A DNA stretch of 64,000 nucleotides from an uncultured delta proteobacterium (GCA_963823335.1 CAWGLD010000001.1:1888001-1952000), one strand, 5' to 3'; shown: positions 21,349 to 30,956, counted from the first letter of the stretch. Program-made: numbers and translations. The notes: generated by a model not told the origin, from the letters alone.

Positions 21349-23601
21349 ATGCTTCGAATTCGTCGTATCTATGATGATGCCCTGCCGATAAACAAGGAAA
21401 TTATCAGGAAGGTCCGTGAGATCCTGAAAAGCCGTTTTAAAGATGTTCCTGAAAATGAGATTGATAATCTGGGCGAAAATTTGCGCAATCCCTTTAAGAA
21501 GAGGTTTTGTACCAGTCTTTTCGTGGCGGAAACTCTGAAGGGAAAGGTACAAGGTTTTGCCACCCTTCTGCATGAACCGGAGATCGGGTTTGTCTTTCTG
21601 GACTGGATCGCCATGGCGAGCGGCAAGGGCGGCGGAGGGGTCGGAGGTGCTTTGTATGAACGGGTTCGTCAGGAAGCGGCGGCCCTACATGCAAGCGGAC
21701 TTTTTTTTGAATGCCTCCCTGATGAGCCTCAAGACTGCCCCCAGGACGACCTCCTGAAGCAAAACCGTTCCCGCCTGCGGTTCTATGAGCGTTATGGTGC
21801 ACGGCCCATTATCCGCACCGGTTACGAAACAGCGGTGAATCCAGACGACACATGCATGCCCTACCTGGTTTATGACGGTCTCGATCGGCAGCACCCCCTG
21901 AGGCGGGCTTTTGTCAGGAAAGTTGTGCGGGCCATTTTGGAACGGAAATATGCCGATCTTTGCCCACAGGCATATGTAAATCGGGTCGTCGCATCTTTCA
22001 AAGACGACCCAATCCAGATCCGGGATTTTCGTTATGTGAAACCGGAGGCGATCAAGACAACCGTGGAGAGCCATTCCCTGGAGCAGGTTGCCCTGGTGAT
22101 CAACGAGCAGCATGTCATTCATCATGTTCATGAGAGGGGTTATGTAGAATCTCCCGTGCGGGTTCGCAGTATCTTGAAAGAGCTGGCACTGGGGGGCTAT
22201 TGTGCGCAGATCAAACCGAGACATTTCGGGGACAAGTATATTTATGCCGTTCACGACACCGATTTTGTCAATTACCTTCGACGCGCCTGTGCCGAAATGG
22301 AAGAGGGTAAATCGCTATACCCCTATATTTTCCCCATACGGAACAAGACCCGGCCGCCAAAAGAACCTTCGGTGCTTTCCGGGTATTACTGCATCGACAC
22401 ATTTACACCCATCAACAAAAATGCCTATCCCGCAGCCAGGGGGGCGGTGGACTGCGCTCTGACGGCGACCAGGGAAATCCTGAGTGGCAGACGGATTGCT
22501 TACGCGTTGATACGACCGCCAGGGCATCATGCCGAGCGGCGGGCCTTTGGAGGTTTTTGTTATTTTAACAACAATGCCATTGCGGCCCAACACCTGAGCG
22601 CTTACGGCAAGGTCGCCATTTTGGATGTGGACTACCATCACGGGAATGGCCAACAGGAGATTTTCTACCGACGCTCCGATGTGCTGACCGCATCCATTCA
22701 CGGTCACCCGGCATTTGCCTATCCTTATTTCAGCGGCTTTGAAGATGAAAAGGGGGAAGGGGAGGGCGAAGGTTTCAACATGAACCTGCCCTTGTCTGAA
22801 AAGACCGGTGGTGTTCAATACCGAAAGGCCCTGGAAAAGGCCCTCAGACGAATCAGTGTGTTTGGTCCACAGTTCCTCGTTGTGGCCCTGGGTCTTGATA
22901 CGGCCAAGGGGGACCCCACAGGAACCTGGAGCCTTTCACCGAAGGACTTTGAGGAAAACGGTCGATTGATCGGCGGCATGGGTCTTCCCATCGTGGTCAT
23001 TCAGGAAGGGGGCTATCGCATTGCGACTTTAGGGAAAAATGCGCGGCGATTTTTTAAGGGCCTGGTAGAGGCCAGTGCCAGCTGGGATACCAGCAGCCCC
23101 GCGGCCAAGGCGGTACCACTCGGTGTCGAGTTTCGTAATGAGCTTAACACCGGTGACGCGAAACGGATCCATGATCTCGTTCAGGTCACCGGCTATTTTT
23201 CTGATGAAGAAGTGTCTGTGGCTGAGGAGCTGGTGACGGAACGCTTAGCCAAGGGACCGGAGAGTGGTTACAATTTCTTGCTGGCGGAACAGTACGGCCG
23301 ACTCATCGGCTACACCTGCTACGGCATGATTCCAGGTACCACAGGCAGTTATGATTTGTACTGGATCGCCGTGCATCCTGATTTTCACCGGCATGGGATC
23401 GGCCGACGTTTGATTGATAAAACCGAAAGCAGCATCAAGGAGACTGGCGGCACCCGAATTTATGTGGACACTTCTCAAAGGGTTCAGTATGCCAGCACCC
23501 GGGCCTTTTACGAAAGCTGCAGGTATCGGTTGGAATCTGTCCTGGCAGACTTTTATGCTCCCGGAGATGGAAAGGCTATATACTGCAAAGAGCTGGTCTA
23601 A
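21349..23601 (+). CDS. GNAT - histone deacetylase/acetylpolyamine amidohydrolase family - GNAT fusion protein
   Basis: N-terminal GNAT-like region (GKGGGGVGGALY, RLRFYERYG); deacetylase motifs RPPGHHA, GFCYFNN, DVDYHHGNG, GLD, QEGGY; C-terminal GNAT (YWIAVHPDFHRHGIG, TRAFY). Confidence 0.9.
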   Translation: MLRIRRIYDDALPINKEIIRKVREILKSRFKDVPENEIDNLGENLRNPFKKRFCTSLFVAETLKGKVQGFATLLHEPEIGFVFLDWIAMASGKGGGGVGGALYERVRQEAAALHASGLFFECLPDEPQDCPQDDLLKQNRSRLRFYERYGARPIIRTGYETAVNPDDTCMPYLVYDGLDRQHPLRRAFVRKVVRAILERKYADLCPQAYVNRVVASFKDDPIQIRDFRYVKPEAIKTTVESHSLEQVALVINEQHVIHHVHERGYVESPVRVRSILKELALGGYCAQIKPRHFGDKYIYAVHDTDFVNYLRRACAEMEEGKSLYPYIFPIRNKTRPPKEPSVLSGYYCIDTFTPINKNAYPAARGAVDCALTATREILSGRRIAYALIRPPGHHAERRAFGGFCYFNNNAIAAQHLSAYGKVAILDVDYHHGNGQQEIFYRRSDVLTASIHGHPAFAYPYFSGFEDEKGEGEGEGFNMNLPLSEKTGGVQYRKALEKALRRISVFGPQFLVVALGLDTAKGDPTGTWSLSPKDFEENGRLIGGMGLPIVVIQEGGYRIATLGKNARRFFKGLVEASASWDTSSPAAKAVPLGVEFRNELNTGDAKRIHDLVQVTGYFSDEEVSVAEELVTERLAKGPESGYNFLLAEQYGRLIGYTCYGMIPGTTGSYDLYWIAVHPDFHRHGIGRRLIDKTESSIKETGGTRIYVDTSQRVQYASTRAFYESCRYRLESVLADFYAPGDGKAIYCKELV

Positions 23602-23775
23602 ACTTGATCCGGTCCTGTTGCCGATACCACATTATGAGACATAATCATCTTGACAACCCCTCAGCACCTTTCTATATCATATCCATATCATAACAAATCG
23701 ATCCAAAATGACGCCACCAGGGAAAATGCACAGAATCCTTGCCGGTCAGCCGGCGTGTGCCAAAGGGGGCAGTTT

Positions 23776-25329
23776 ATGGAAAGTGTTAGAGCCGACGAGC
23801 AATATTTACTGCTCAAAGTGGCTGTGGTCGCCAGAGGCTACCGCGCGCTGTCTGTGATGCGAATGCTCAGCGAAATCAAACCGGGCAGGCTGCGCTTGCA
23901 GCTGGTGGCGATTGCCACGGTCAATAAATCCATTGCCTGCTCCAAATTCGCCGGTGACGTGGGTGTAGCGGTTTATGACGATCCCATGGATCTGCTGGCT
24001 GTGGAGCACCTGGATTTGATTCTCGAGATGACCGGAGACGCACAGACACTGGCCCGCATAGTCACGAACAAGCCACCTTCCATCGGCATATTGGACCGTC
24101 AGGCGTCAATGCTCATTTTCGATATCGCCGGGTTGTACCAACAGGTATCAGCACGTGAATCAGAAATCAGCCTGGCTTCCTCCTTTGCTTCCGCGTTGTT
24201 GGAGGCTTCGCCGGACGGGGTTATGGTCCTTGACCGCGACTATCGGATTATCAATTGCAATGAATCACCCATCATCACCGGCGGAAAAGGACGAGAATTC
24301 GCCCTTGGAAGATCTTGCTTTGACCTGATCCATAATTTCAGAGACGTATGTAGTAACCAAGAGCTGAGATGTCCGATGGAGGAAGTGCTCAAGACCGGTC
24401 GACCAGCCCGGACAGTTCACGAGACCCAACCGGGCAGCCCGGATACCCGGGTCCACCAATCCACAGCCTACCCATTGACCAACTCCGTTGGTGAGATCGT
24501 ACAAATCGTGGTCTCTATCCGGGACATTACCCAGGAATTGACGGACAGGGTAGAACAACGCACCCAGGTCATCAAAAATGATCTTGTACAGTTTGTACGT
24601 GAAGATCGCCTGGCCTCTCTCGGTCGGCTTGTGGCTTCCGTATGCCATGAAATCAACAATCCCATTGCCAGTATCCTGACATTCAACAAGCTCATCTTAC
24701 GCTGTATTCAGGAAGACGAGTTGCCGGAGGAAGGTATGCAAGCCTTCAGCCACTATCTGGATATCTGTGTCCGGGAGGCCCTGCGCTGTGGTCAGATCGT
24801 CAAAAATCTGCTTACTTTTGCCAGACAAAAAAACATCGAACTCATTCAGATCGACCTGAAAGAAATGATTGATACCATACTGGTCCTCACGGGTCATCAA
24901 TTGGAAATGAACGGTATTGCCTATGATCTGAATCTGCCGGAAACATCCTTCATTGCAAAAGGAGATTATACCCAGATTCAACAGTGCCTGATGAATCTCA
25001 TTTTCAATGCCATGGAGTCTATGACGGACGGTGGAACATTGACCTTGGCGGGCGGACAGGACCGTAAAATGAAAACAGTCTGGGTGACCGTGGCCGACAC
25101 CGGCTACGGGATTGATCCGGAAGACCTGCCCCGTATTTTCGAGCCTTTCTATACCACCAAAAAAGAAGGTAAAGGTGTCGGGCTTGGACTGTCAATGGTA
25201 TATGGAATTATCCGCGAACACCAAGGGACCGTTGAAGTCCAAAGCGAACCAGGCCAGGGATCCCTGTTCAAACTCACCTTGCCCGCTGGTGTTGAAGCCC
25301 TTCAGGAAACCAAAGGAGAAGACACATGA
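23776..25329 (+). CDS. Cytoplasmic PAS-domain histidine kinase with an N-terminal Rossmann-like domain
   Basis: KVAVVARG N-terminus; PAS (SPDGVMVLD..IINCN); HEINNP H-box; DTGYG and GVGLGL boxes. Confidence 0.9.
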   Translation: MESVRADEQYLLLKVAVVARGYRALSVMRMLSEIKPGRLRLQLVAIATVNKSIACSKFAGDVGVAVYDDPMDLLAVEHLDLILEMTGDAQTLARIVTNKPPSIGILDRQASMLIFDIAGLYQQVSARESEISLASSFASALLEASPDGVMVLDRDYRIINCNESPIITGGKGREFALGRSCFDLIHNFRDVCSNQELRCPMEEVLKTGRPARTVHETQPGSPDTRVHQSTAYPLTNSVGEIVQIVVSIRDITQELTDRVEQRTQVIKNDLVQFVREDRLASLGRLVASVCHEINNPIASILTFNKLILRCIQEDELPEEGMQAFSHYLDICVREALRCGQIVKNLLTFARQKNIELIQIDLKEMIDTILVLTGHQLEMNGIAYDLNLPETSFIAKGDYTQIQQCLMNLIFNAMESMTDGGTLTLAGGQDRKMKTVWVTVADTGYGIDPEDLPRIFEPFYTTKKEGKGVGLGLSMVYGIIREHQGTVEVQSEPGQGSLFKLTLPAGVEALQETKGEDT

Positions 25330-26678
25330 TACAATCGATGCGGATACTCATTGTGGATGACGAGGAGCCGATTCGCGAGGCTTTGGGTGCCTGGCTTGTC
25401 AAAGATGGATATCAGGTCGACACAGCCGATTCAGGACAGACGGCCTTGGTGTGTATTGAAAAAGGCTTGTTTGATCTGTATCTGGTGGACATTAAGATGC
25501 CGGGGATGGGCGGGATCGAGCTCCTCGGGAGGATCAAGGAAATTCAAGCGGATGCCAACGTCATTATGATCACCGCTCACGGGTCTATCCAGACAGCTGT
25601 GGAAGCCATGAAACGCGGTGCCTGCGATTATATCTGCAAACCTTTTGATCCGGACGAACTGTCTTTGATGACTGAACGGGTGTCGGCCAACCAGGCTCTG
25701 AAAAATGAAAACCTGGTGTTGCGTGAACAGCTCATGGAGCAGCAGGAAACCTCTTTTGAGGGTATCGTGGTGGCCTCTGATGCGCTGCAGGAGGTGTTCA
25801 ACAGTCTGGTGGAGGTGGCACCGTCGTCGGCACCGGTGCTTATCACCGGCGAAACAGGTGTAGGCAAAGAGATGGTGGCCCGGGCAATTCACATGCAGAG
25901 CGGCAATGCCTATGGACCCTTTGTTGCCATCAACTGCGGTGCTCAATCTGAAACGCTTCTGGAGAGCGAGCTCTTCGGTCATGAACGTGGCGCGTTTACA
26001 GGCGCAGTCAAAGCCCGCCGGGGAAGATTGGAAATGGCCAACAACGGAACCCTGTTTCTGGACGAAATCGGGGAGATTTCACCAAAAATGCAGATCAGTC
26101 TGTTGCGTGTTCTGGAAGAAAAACGTTTTCAGCGGCTTGGGGGGAGTCAGGAGATCAGTTCGAGTTTCCGACTGATATGTGCGACACATCGCAATCTCCC
26201 TCAGCTGATCAAAGAGGATCAGTTCCGCGAGGACTTCTATTATCGCATCAATGTTATCTCCATCGACATTCCTCCCTTGCGTGAGCGACTGGCTGACGTC
26301 CCGGTGCTTGCTGATCACTTTCTTGTTCAATTTGTCCAGGAAACAGGCAAACGCCTGGAAGGGTGGACCCAACGGGCCATCGGGATGTTGATGGCTTATC
26401 ACTGGCCGGGAAATGTCCGTGAGTTGCGCAACGTGGTGGAAAGGGCTGTGGTGCTTGCCCGGGGTCGAATGATCGGTGCCGATGAGCTCTCGTTTCTTCA
26501 GCCCGGTAAAGATGATTGCCATTTCGGGACCATGACCCTCAAAGAAGTGGAGGTCAGTCATCTAAAGATCGCTCTGGACGCTACGGGCTGGAACATTTCA
26601 AGAGCTGCAGAGCAGTTGGACATCGACCGGGGCACGCTGGCCAGAAAAATAAAACGTTACCAACTGACCAGGACCTAA
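25326..26678 (+). CDS. Sigma-54-dependent response regulator (NtrC family)
   Basis: REC domain, [29 protein letters not shown] overlap with the kinase. Confidence 0.95.
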   Translation: MIQSMRILIVDDEEPIREALGAWLVKDGYQVDTADSGQTALVCIEKGLFDLYLVDIKMPGMGGIELLGRIKEIQADANVIMITAHGSIQTAVEAMKRGACDYICKPFDPDELSLMTERVSANQALKNENLVLREQLMEQQETSFEGIVVASDALQEVFNSLVEVAPSSAPVLITGETGVGKEMVARAIHMQSGNAYGPFVAINCGAQSETLLESELFGHERGAFTGAVKARRGRLEMANNGTLFLDEIGEISPKMQISLLRVLEEKRFQRLGGSQEISSSFRLICATHRNLPQLIKEDQFREDFYYRINVISIDIPPLRERLADVPVLADHFLVQFVQETGKRLEGWTQRAIGMLMAYHWPGNVRELRNVVERAVVLARGRMIGADELSFLQPGKDDCHFGTMTLKEVEVSHLKIALDATGWNISRAAEQLDIDRGTLARKIKRYQLTRT

Positions 26679-26679
26679 A

Positions 26680-26822
26680 TAGCCCATCCACAAAGGGCTC
26701 TTTGCGCGATTTCTGCGTTGAGCGTCATGATTAGAATCCTCAAAATAGCCAGCTATTCCTGCGGTTCAAATCTGACGCCCGCCTTAAACTCACGCAAAAT
26801 TTCTCATCCGTGGATGGCACTA
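26680..26822. repeat. MITE/REPIN-like structured repeat, copy A
   Basis: Terminal inverted repeat TAGCCCATCCAC/GTGGATGGCACTA; internal stem GCGTCA..TGACGC; shares internal motifs with 38983-39135 and 54416-54612. Confidence 0.65.
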
Positions 26823-26838
26823 ACTAAACTTATGCCGG

Positions 26839-27408
26839 GTGAATGATTTGGCCAGTGATCAAGCGAAATCCAAAACCAGGGCCCTCATCGATTTAATCCC
26901 GCTTGGACGTGTCGATCAGCTGGCAGTTTCCATCGTAGCGGCAAATCTGCAGGCCATCCTCGGTTTGAACAGCAATGTTTCAGAGCCCAGGCAGGATCCG
27001 GAATACGCATTGCTGCCACAAAGGAAGCAGTTCGATGCTCTGAAAATTATTAAAGAACTTTCCAGAGAAACACACGGGGCTCCGTTCAAACTGGGTGTAA
27101 CGGCCCTCGACATCTGTACGCCTATCCTTACGTTTGTCTACGGTGAATCGCAGCTTGGAGGGAACATCGCGCTGATTTCCCTGAATCGGCTTGAGGGGGA
27201 TCGTGCTGAGTTGGCATATGAACGGGTGGTAAAAATCGGTGTTCATGAAGTCGGACATATACTGGGACTGGAGCACTGCTGGGAAGTCCGGTGTCTGATG
27301 CATTTCAGCCGCAATCTCGAGCAGCTCGATTCCCTGCCGCTGCAATTCTGTTCTGCCTGTGAATTTGAAACCACCCGGCGCATCAAGTCTTTGAACGGCA
27401 GGTGCTAA
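26839..27408 (+). CDS. Archaemetzincin family Zn-dependent metalloprotease (M54)
   Basis: RKQFDA, FVYGE, HEVGHILGLEHC, CLM Met-turn, FCSAC Cys4 site. Confidence 0.9.
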   Translation: MNDLASDQAKSKTRALIDLIPLGRVDQLAVSIVAANLQAILGLNSNVSEPRQDPEYALLPQRKQFDALKIIKELSRETHGAPFKLGVTALDICTPILTFVYGESQLGGNIALISLNRLEGDRAELAYERVVKIGVHEVGHILGLEHCWEVRCLMHFSRNLEQLDSLPLQFCSACEFETTRRIKSLNGRC

Positions 27409-27466
27409 CCCCGAAGGTTGCAGCGGAGTTAGCGAGTGAATCTGATTATAAAATCGTTCTGTGATT

Positions 27467-28378
27467 TTATTTGAGGAACGTTTTTACCAGACGATCCCAG
27501 CCGATTTCGGGCACCGCTCCATAGATATCGTCGATTGCCTCACCACCGGTTGCTGCCATCCGGTAGTCTCCCCCCTCGTCCAGCAGGGTGGTCAGTCGTG
27601 ATGCTTCGTCATCGGTCCACGCCAGGCTTTCAACGCCGAACAAGAGGTTCTTGAGACTCTTACGAAGATTGTTCGGCTGAACAACCATGAGCCACCCTTC
27701 AGCGTAGGGAGACGTATTGACGTCTTTGGAATTGCCGCTAATTCTCGGGTTAACCGCAACCACCGTACCATCCAGAGGACTCAGTGTTTCAGCTTCGTTG
27801 TTTCCTCTGACCATTGTGGCTTGGGGTCTGTTTTGTTCCATGGATGCTCCGAGCCGCGGAAGCTTGATTTCATCCTGGGGGCCGAGCAATCTCAGAGCAA
27901 AATCGTCGATTCCCACCCGGACCCGACCACCATATTCAACGCGCGCCCAGGTATGACCGTAATGGTAGTAGTGATCCCTGGCGACAGAAAAGCCGGATAC
28001 GTGATCACAGACCGGTGGTGTCAGAGCAGGCATCACGGCTCCGTCTTCTATCATCTGGTCGTAAGGGCATTTTACACAATTGTAATTGTGGGCACACATT
28101 TTATAATCCACCCGACCGCTCAACATGTGCCGGCATTTTCCCTGGTTTTCCAGCAAACCCATTCGAGGCGTGCGGAAGTCAGCCCTTGAACGTCCGGCCG
28201 CATTTTCCCTGGCCTGGAAATCCGCCTGAACTTTCTGATCGAAGGCACAGCCGAGGCAATCAAAAGCATTGATGCACATCAAGGACTTCACCACACCTGC
28301 TTTAGCCCAGACACACTGATTGTTTGAGAGACCGAAAACATTTGGGCGTCCGGCTTTTTTTCTAGTGTTCTCAACCAT
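27467..28378 (-). CDS. Glycine cleavage H-protein-like protein with two N-terminal Cys-rich repeats
   Basis: YHYGHTWAR..VRVGIDDFA, SPLDGTVVAVN, SPYAEGW; two CX12CX5CX2C repeats; AAGGAGG SD. Confidence 0.85.
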   Translation of the reverse strand: MVENTRKKAGRPNVFGLSNNQCVWAKAGVVKSLMCINAFDCLGCAFDQKVQADFQARENAAGRSRADFRTPRMGLLENQGKCRHMLSGRVDYKMCAHNYNCVKCPYDQMIEDGAVMPALTPPVCDHVSGFSVARDHYYHYGHTWARVEYGGRVRVGIDDFALRLLGPQDEIKLPRLGASMEQNRPQATMVRGNNEAETLSPLDGTVVAVNPRISGNSKDVNTSPYAEGWLMVVQPNNLRKSLKNLLFGVESLAWTDDEASRLTTLLDEGGDYRMAATGGEAIDDIYGAVPEIGWDRLVKTFLK

Positions 28379-28452
28379 GACTTCCTCCTTTTGTTGATGA
28401 TATTTGAGATGTATATTTGCGTTGTCTGTTTACCTATTTGCCTATCACTAAG

Positions 28453-28469
28453 AGCATAAACCAGGCCAA
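28453..28469 (-). promoter_or_regulatory. Sigma-54 (-24/-12) promoter of the H-protein-like gene
   Basis: TTGGCCTGGTTTATGCT with exact GG-N10-GC spacing, about 75 nt upstream of the ATG, with an AT-rich region upstream. Confidence 0.7.
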
Positions 28470-28657
28470 ACCATCCAACCCAGCGTGGATTATTTTTAAT
28501 TGTCTTAAATTACAGTGAATAATTATTTAAACCAGGATTGGTTGAAAACATACAGGATGGCGGATAAAAGCGGCGAAATGCAGCACCAAAAACTATTATA
28601 ATTAAAAATAGGATAAAAAATCGGTTAGTTATGTCTGTGGGGCAAAATGTCTGGGTA

Positions 28658-28690
28658 TGCGGCATGTTGCAGCAGCTGCATTCTGCCGCA
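28658..28690. promoter_or_regulatory. Candidate upstream activator sequences for a sigma-54 enhancer-binding protein
   Basis: Nested palindromes TGCGGCA-tgt-TGCAGCA and GCTGCA-ttc-TGCCGCA, about 200 nt upstream of the sigma-54 promoter; related half-site TGCAGCA near 28579. Confidence 0.5.
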
Positions 28691-28718
28691 CAGTCCTATA
28701 CTGCATGCTTGCTATACA

Positions 28719-29240
28719 TCAACGATGTTTCGACGTTCTTGTTTTCGCCGGTTTTGTTTTCACAGCAGTGGCGGGGTTGTTCTGGGGGCTTTGCAGCCGG
28801 ATGCCGTCTTTCTCGAGGGTGATCAGTCTTCTCTTGTACAGATTACCGATACTTTTCTTGAAGGTTTTTTTGCTGACACCGAAAAGATCAGCGATTACCT
28901 TGGGTCGGCTTTTATCGGTGACGGCAATAAACCCATCCTGCTGAAGCCTGCTCATAATTTTCTTGGACAGCATATCGATGGTTTTGTAGCCGGATTTTTG
29001 CAGGCTGAGATCCAATTTTTGATCGTCACGTATTTTTTTGATAAACCCGTCAATTTCCTGACCGATTTTCAAGGGCTGAAACACTTCATTCTTGTACAGG
29101 ATTCCCTTGTGAGTGCCATTGACCACGGCGACATAACCCATCTCGGTTCGCGTGGATATGAGCAGCGCTACTTTCTGGCCTTCCCGAAAACCGGTCGGCT
29201 CTTTTTGGGGGGTATCTTTTGCATGTTCACGCATTTCCAT
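28719..29240 (-). CDS. CvfB-like S1/winged-helix RNA-binding protein (short form)
   Basis: GILYKNEVFQPLKIGQEIDGFIKKIRDDQKLDLSL, TDKSRP..I..LFGVSKKTFKKSIGNLYK; start uncertain. Confidence 0.8.
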   Translation of the reverse strand: MEMREHAKDTPQKEPTGFREGQKVALLISTRTEMGYVAVVNGTHKGILYKNEVFQPLKIGQEIDGFIKKIRDDQKLDLSLQKSGYKTIDMLSKKIMSRLQQDGFIAVTDKSRPKVIADLFGVSKKTFKKSIGNLYKRRLITLEKDGIRLQSPQNNPATAVKTKPAKTRTSKHR

Positions 29241-29283
29241 TGCCTGCTGGGGCAATGGGCGCCGGTGGTCCGGCTTAGCGGTC

Positions 29284-29427
29284 TTACGTTGAAGGGGTCG
29301 GGTCGTTTTCGGTTTCATCGGTTTCAACCATCTTGTTTTCCAGCTTACGCTGTTTTTTTTCTTCTTTCTTCATTTTTTTGTCCAATTCTTTCTGACGCTT
29401 TTTGAACTGGTAATAGGATTTTGCCAT
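29284..29427 (-). CDS. Small Lys-rich hypothetical protein
   Basis: MAKSYYQFKKRQKELDKKMKKEEKKQRK; AGGGA SD. Confidence 0.7.
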   Translation of the reverse strand: MAKSYYQFKKRQKELDKKMKKEEKKQRKLENKMVETDETENDPTPST

Positions 29428-29526
29428 GTCGTATGTTCCCTGTTTGGTTGCCGTCTCGACACATTTACTGATTGCAGTCAATAGGATATGGAACGGTAAA
29501 GTTGTGGTTTGAGACCATGGAACATT

Positions 29527-29561
29527 AAAAAAGGCATCCCCGTTTCACAGGAGATGCCTTT
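29527..29561 (-). terminator. Intrinsic terminator after the minus-strand csp gene
   Basis: AAAGGCATC..GATGCCTTT hairpin followed by a U-run on the minus strand. Confidence 0.65.
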
Positions 29562-29578
29562 CATTGTCTCAAAACAGG

Positions 29579-29779
29579 TTAGACAACACTCACATTGGCA
29601 GCAGCCGGGCCTTTATTCCCTTGCTCAATGTCAAACGTCACGCTCGCACCTTCATCGAGAGATTTAAAACCGGTTGCATTGATTGCGCTATGATGCACAA
29701 ATACATCCGGTCCGTCTTCCTGCTCTATGAATCCAAAACCCTTGCGGTCATTAAACCACTTAACAATTCCATTTGTCAT
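29579..29779 (-). CDS. Cold-shock protein (CspA family)
   Basis: [12 protein letters not shown] (RNP1), DVFVHHSAI (RNP2). Confidence 0.97.
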   Translation of the reverse strand: MTNGIVKWFNDRKGFGFIEQEDGPDVFVHHSAINATGFKSLDEGASVTFDIEQGNKGPAAANVSVV

Positions 29780-30177
29780 AATATCATCCTCCTTTCAAAA
29801 TATTTCAACGTTGCAGACTGAAGGATGATAGCGTTTACAAAACGGATAGTTCCTGCAGAAAGAAACATTCCCTCCAATTTACTGTGGGATTTGATTGATA
29901 GGATCATACTAAGCACCTTTTAAGACAATAGCAAGGCCATTAACGTAAATATCCGTTTCAGGGTAGGAATCGGGCGCCATCCGACACCGGAGAAAAAGAA
30001 TCCTAAAAAAAATAAATAGCTTGCATTCGCAATAAAACGTGTTAATATAACTGGATTCAACATGGCTCCGCTTTTAGTTATGGCGGGGCGGTTTTTTTCT
30101 GAAGGAACAAATCATCTTTTGGCGTTTCATCCTCCAGTTTAAAATTTTGAGCATTTCATTGAAAGGAGGATGACACC

Positions 30178-30378
30178 ATGGCCAACGGAACAGTTAAATG
30201 GTTTAACGACCAAAAAGGATTCGGCTTTATTGAACAGGAAGATGGACCGGATGTATTTGTGCATCATAGCGCAATCAATGCAACCGGTTTTAAAAGCCTC
30301 AGTGAAGGCGATCGGGTTTCTTTTGACATTGAGCAGGGAAATAAAGGCCCTGCTGCGGCAAATGTTACCGTCGTCTAG
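30178..30378 (+). CDS. Cold-shock protein (CspA family)
   Basis: [30 protein letters not shown]. Confidence 0.97.
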   Translation: MANGTVKWFNDQKGFGFIEQEDGPDVFVHHSAINATGFKSLSEGDRVSFDIEQGNKGPAAANVTVV

Positions 30379-30394
30379 AGTTCAACATCTGTAG

Positions 30395-30424
30395 AAAAAG
30401 GGCATGCCTTCAGGGGTGCCCTTT
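30395..30424 (+). terminator. Hairpin/intrinsic terminator after the plus-strand csp gene
   Basis: AAAGGGCAT..GTGCCCTTT stem directly after the stop codon. Confidence 0.55.
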
Positions 30425-30633
30425 ATCATTTTTGAGTGATTTCCGGGGAAGAAGACCACACGCCCGCTCTCGCCTTTAACGTTGCTTCGGACATCTCACT
30501 CTTTTAAATCATCTCAAAAATAGAATTTTGTCCAAATCCTGTGTGCGAACCACAACGTGCCCTTTGATGATGGGTACTGCTTGCTTTTCCAGTGAAAAAT
30601 AAGCAAAAAAATGAAAGGCAAAAGGTATGTTGC

Positions 30634-30918
30634 ATGAATATCTATATCGGAAATTTATCTTTTAACACCACCGAAGAGACCTTGAAGTCTTTGTTCGTAG
30701 CCTTCGGCGATGTCGAAAATGTCAAAGTGATCAAGGACAGGTTTTCCGGCAGATCAAAGGGATTCGGTTTTCTTGAAATGCCCAGCAACTCCGAAGCGGA
30801 CCAGGCAATCAAGGCCTTGAATGGAAATCGCATTGACGGCAACAACATAAAAGTAAAGCCCGCAGATTCGGGCGGGAAAAAAAAGAACAAACGCTCCTTT
30901 CGAAAAAGGAATTATTAA
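30634..30918 (+). CDS. RRM (RNP-1) RNA-binding protein
   Basis: MNIYIGNL (RNP2), GRSKGFGFLEM (RNP1), basic tail. Confidence 0.93.
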   Translation: MNIYIGNLSFNTTEETLKSLFVAFGDVENVKVIKDRFSGRSKGFGFLEMPSNSEADQAIKALNGNRIDGNNIKVKPADSGGKKKNKRSFRKRNY

Positions 30919-30956
30919 AACAGTAACGGTTTTATTTACATAAGGAACATAATCAT

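Noticed and set aside
27467-28378. Functional glycine cleavage system
   Set aside because: No lipoyl lysine and no P, T or L protein genes in the window
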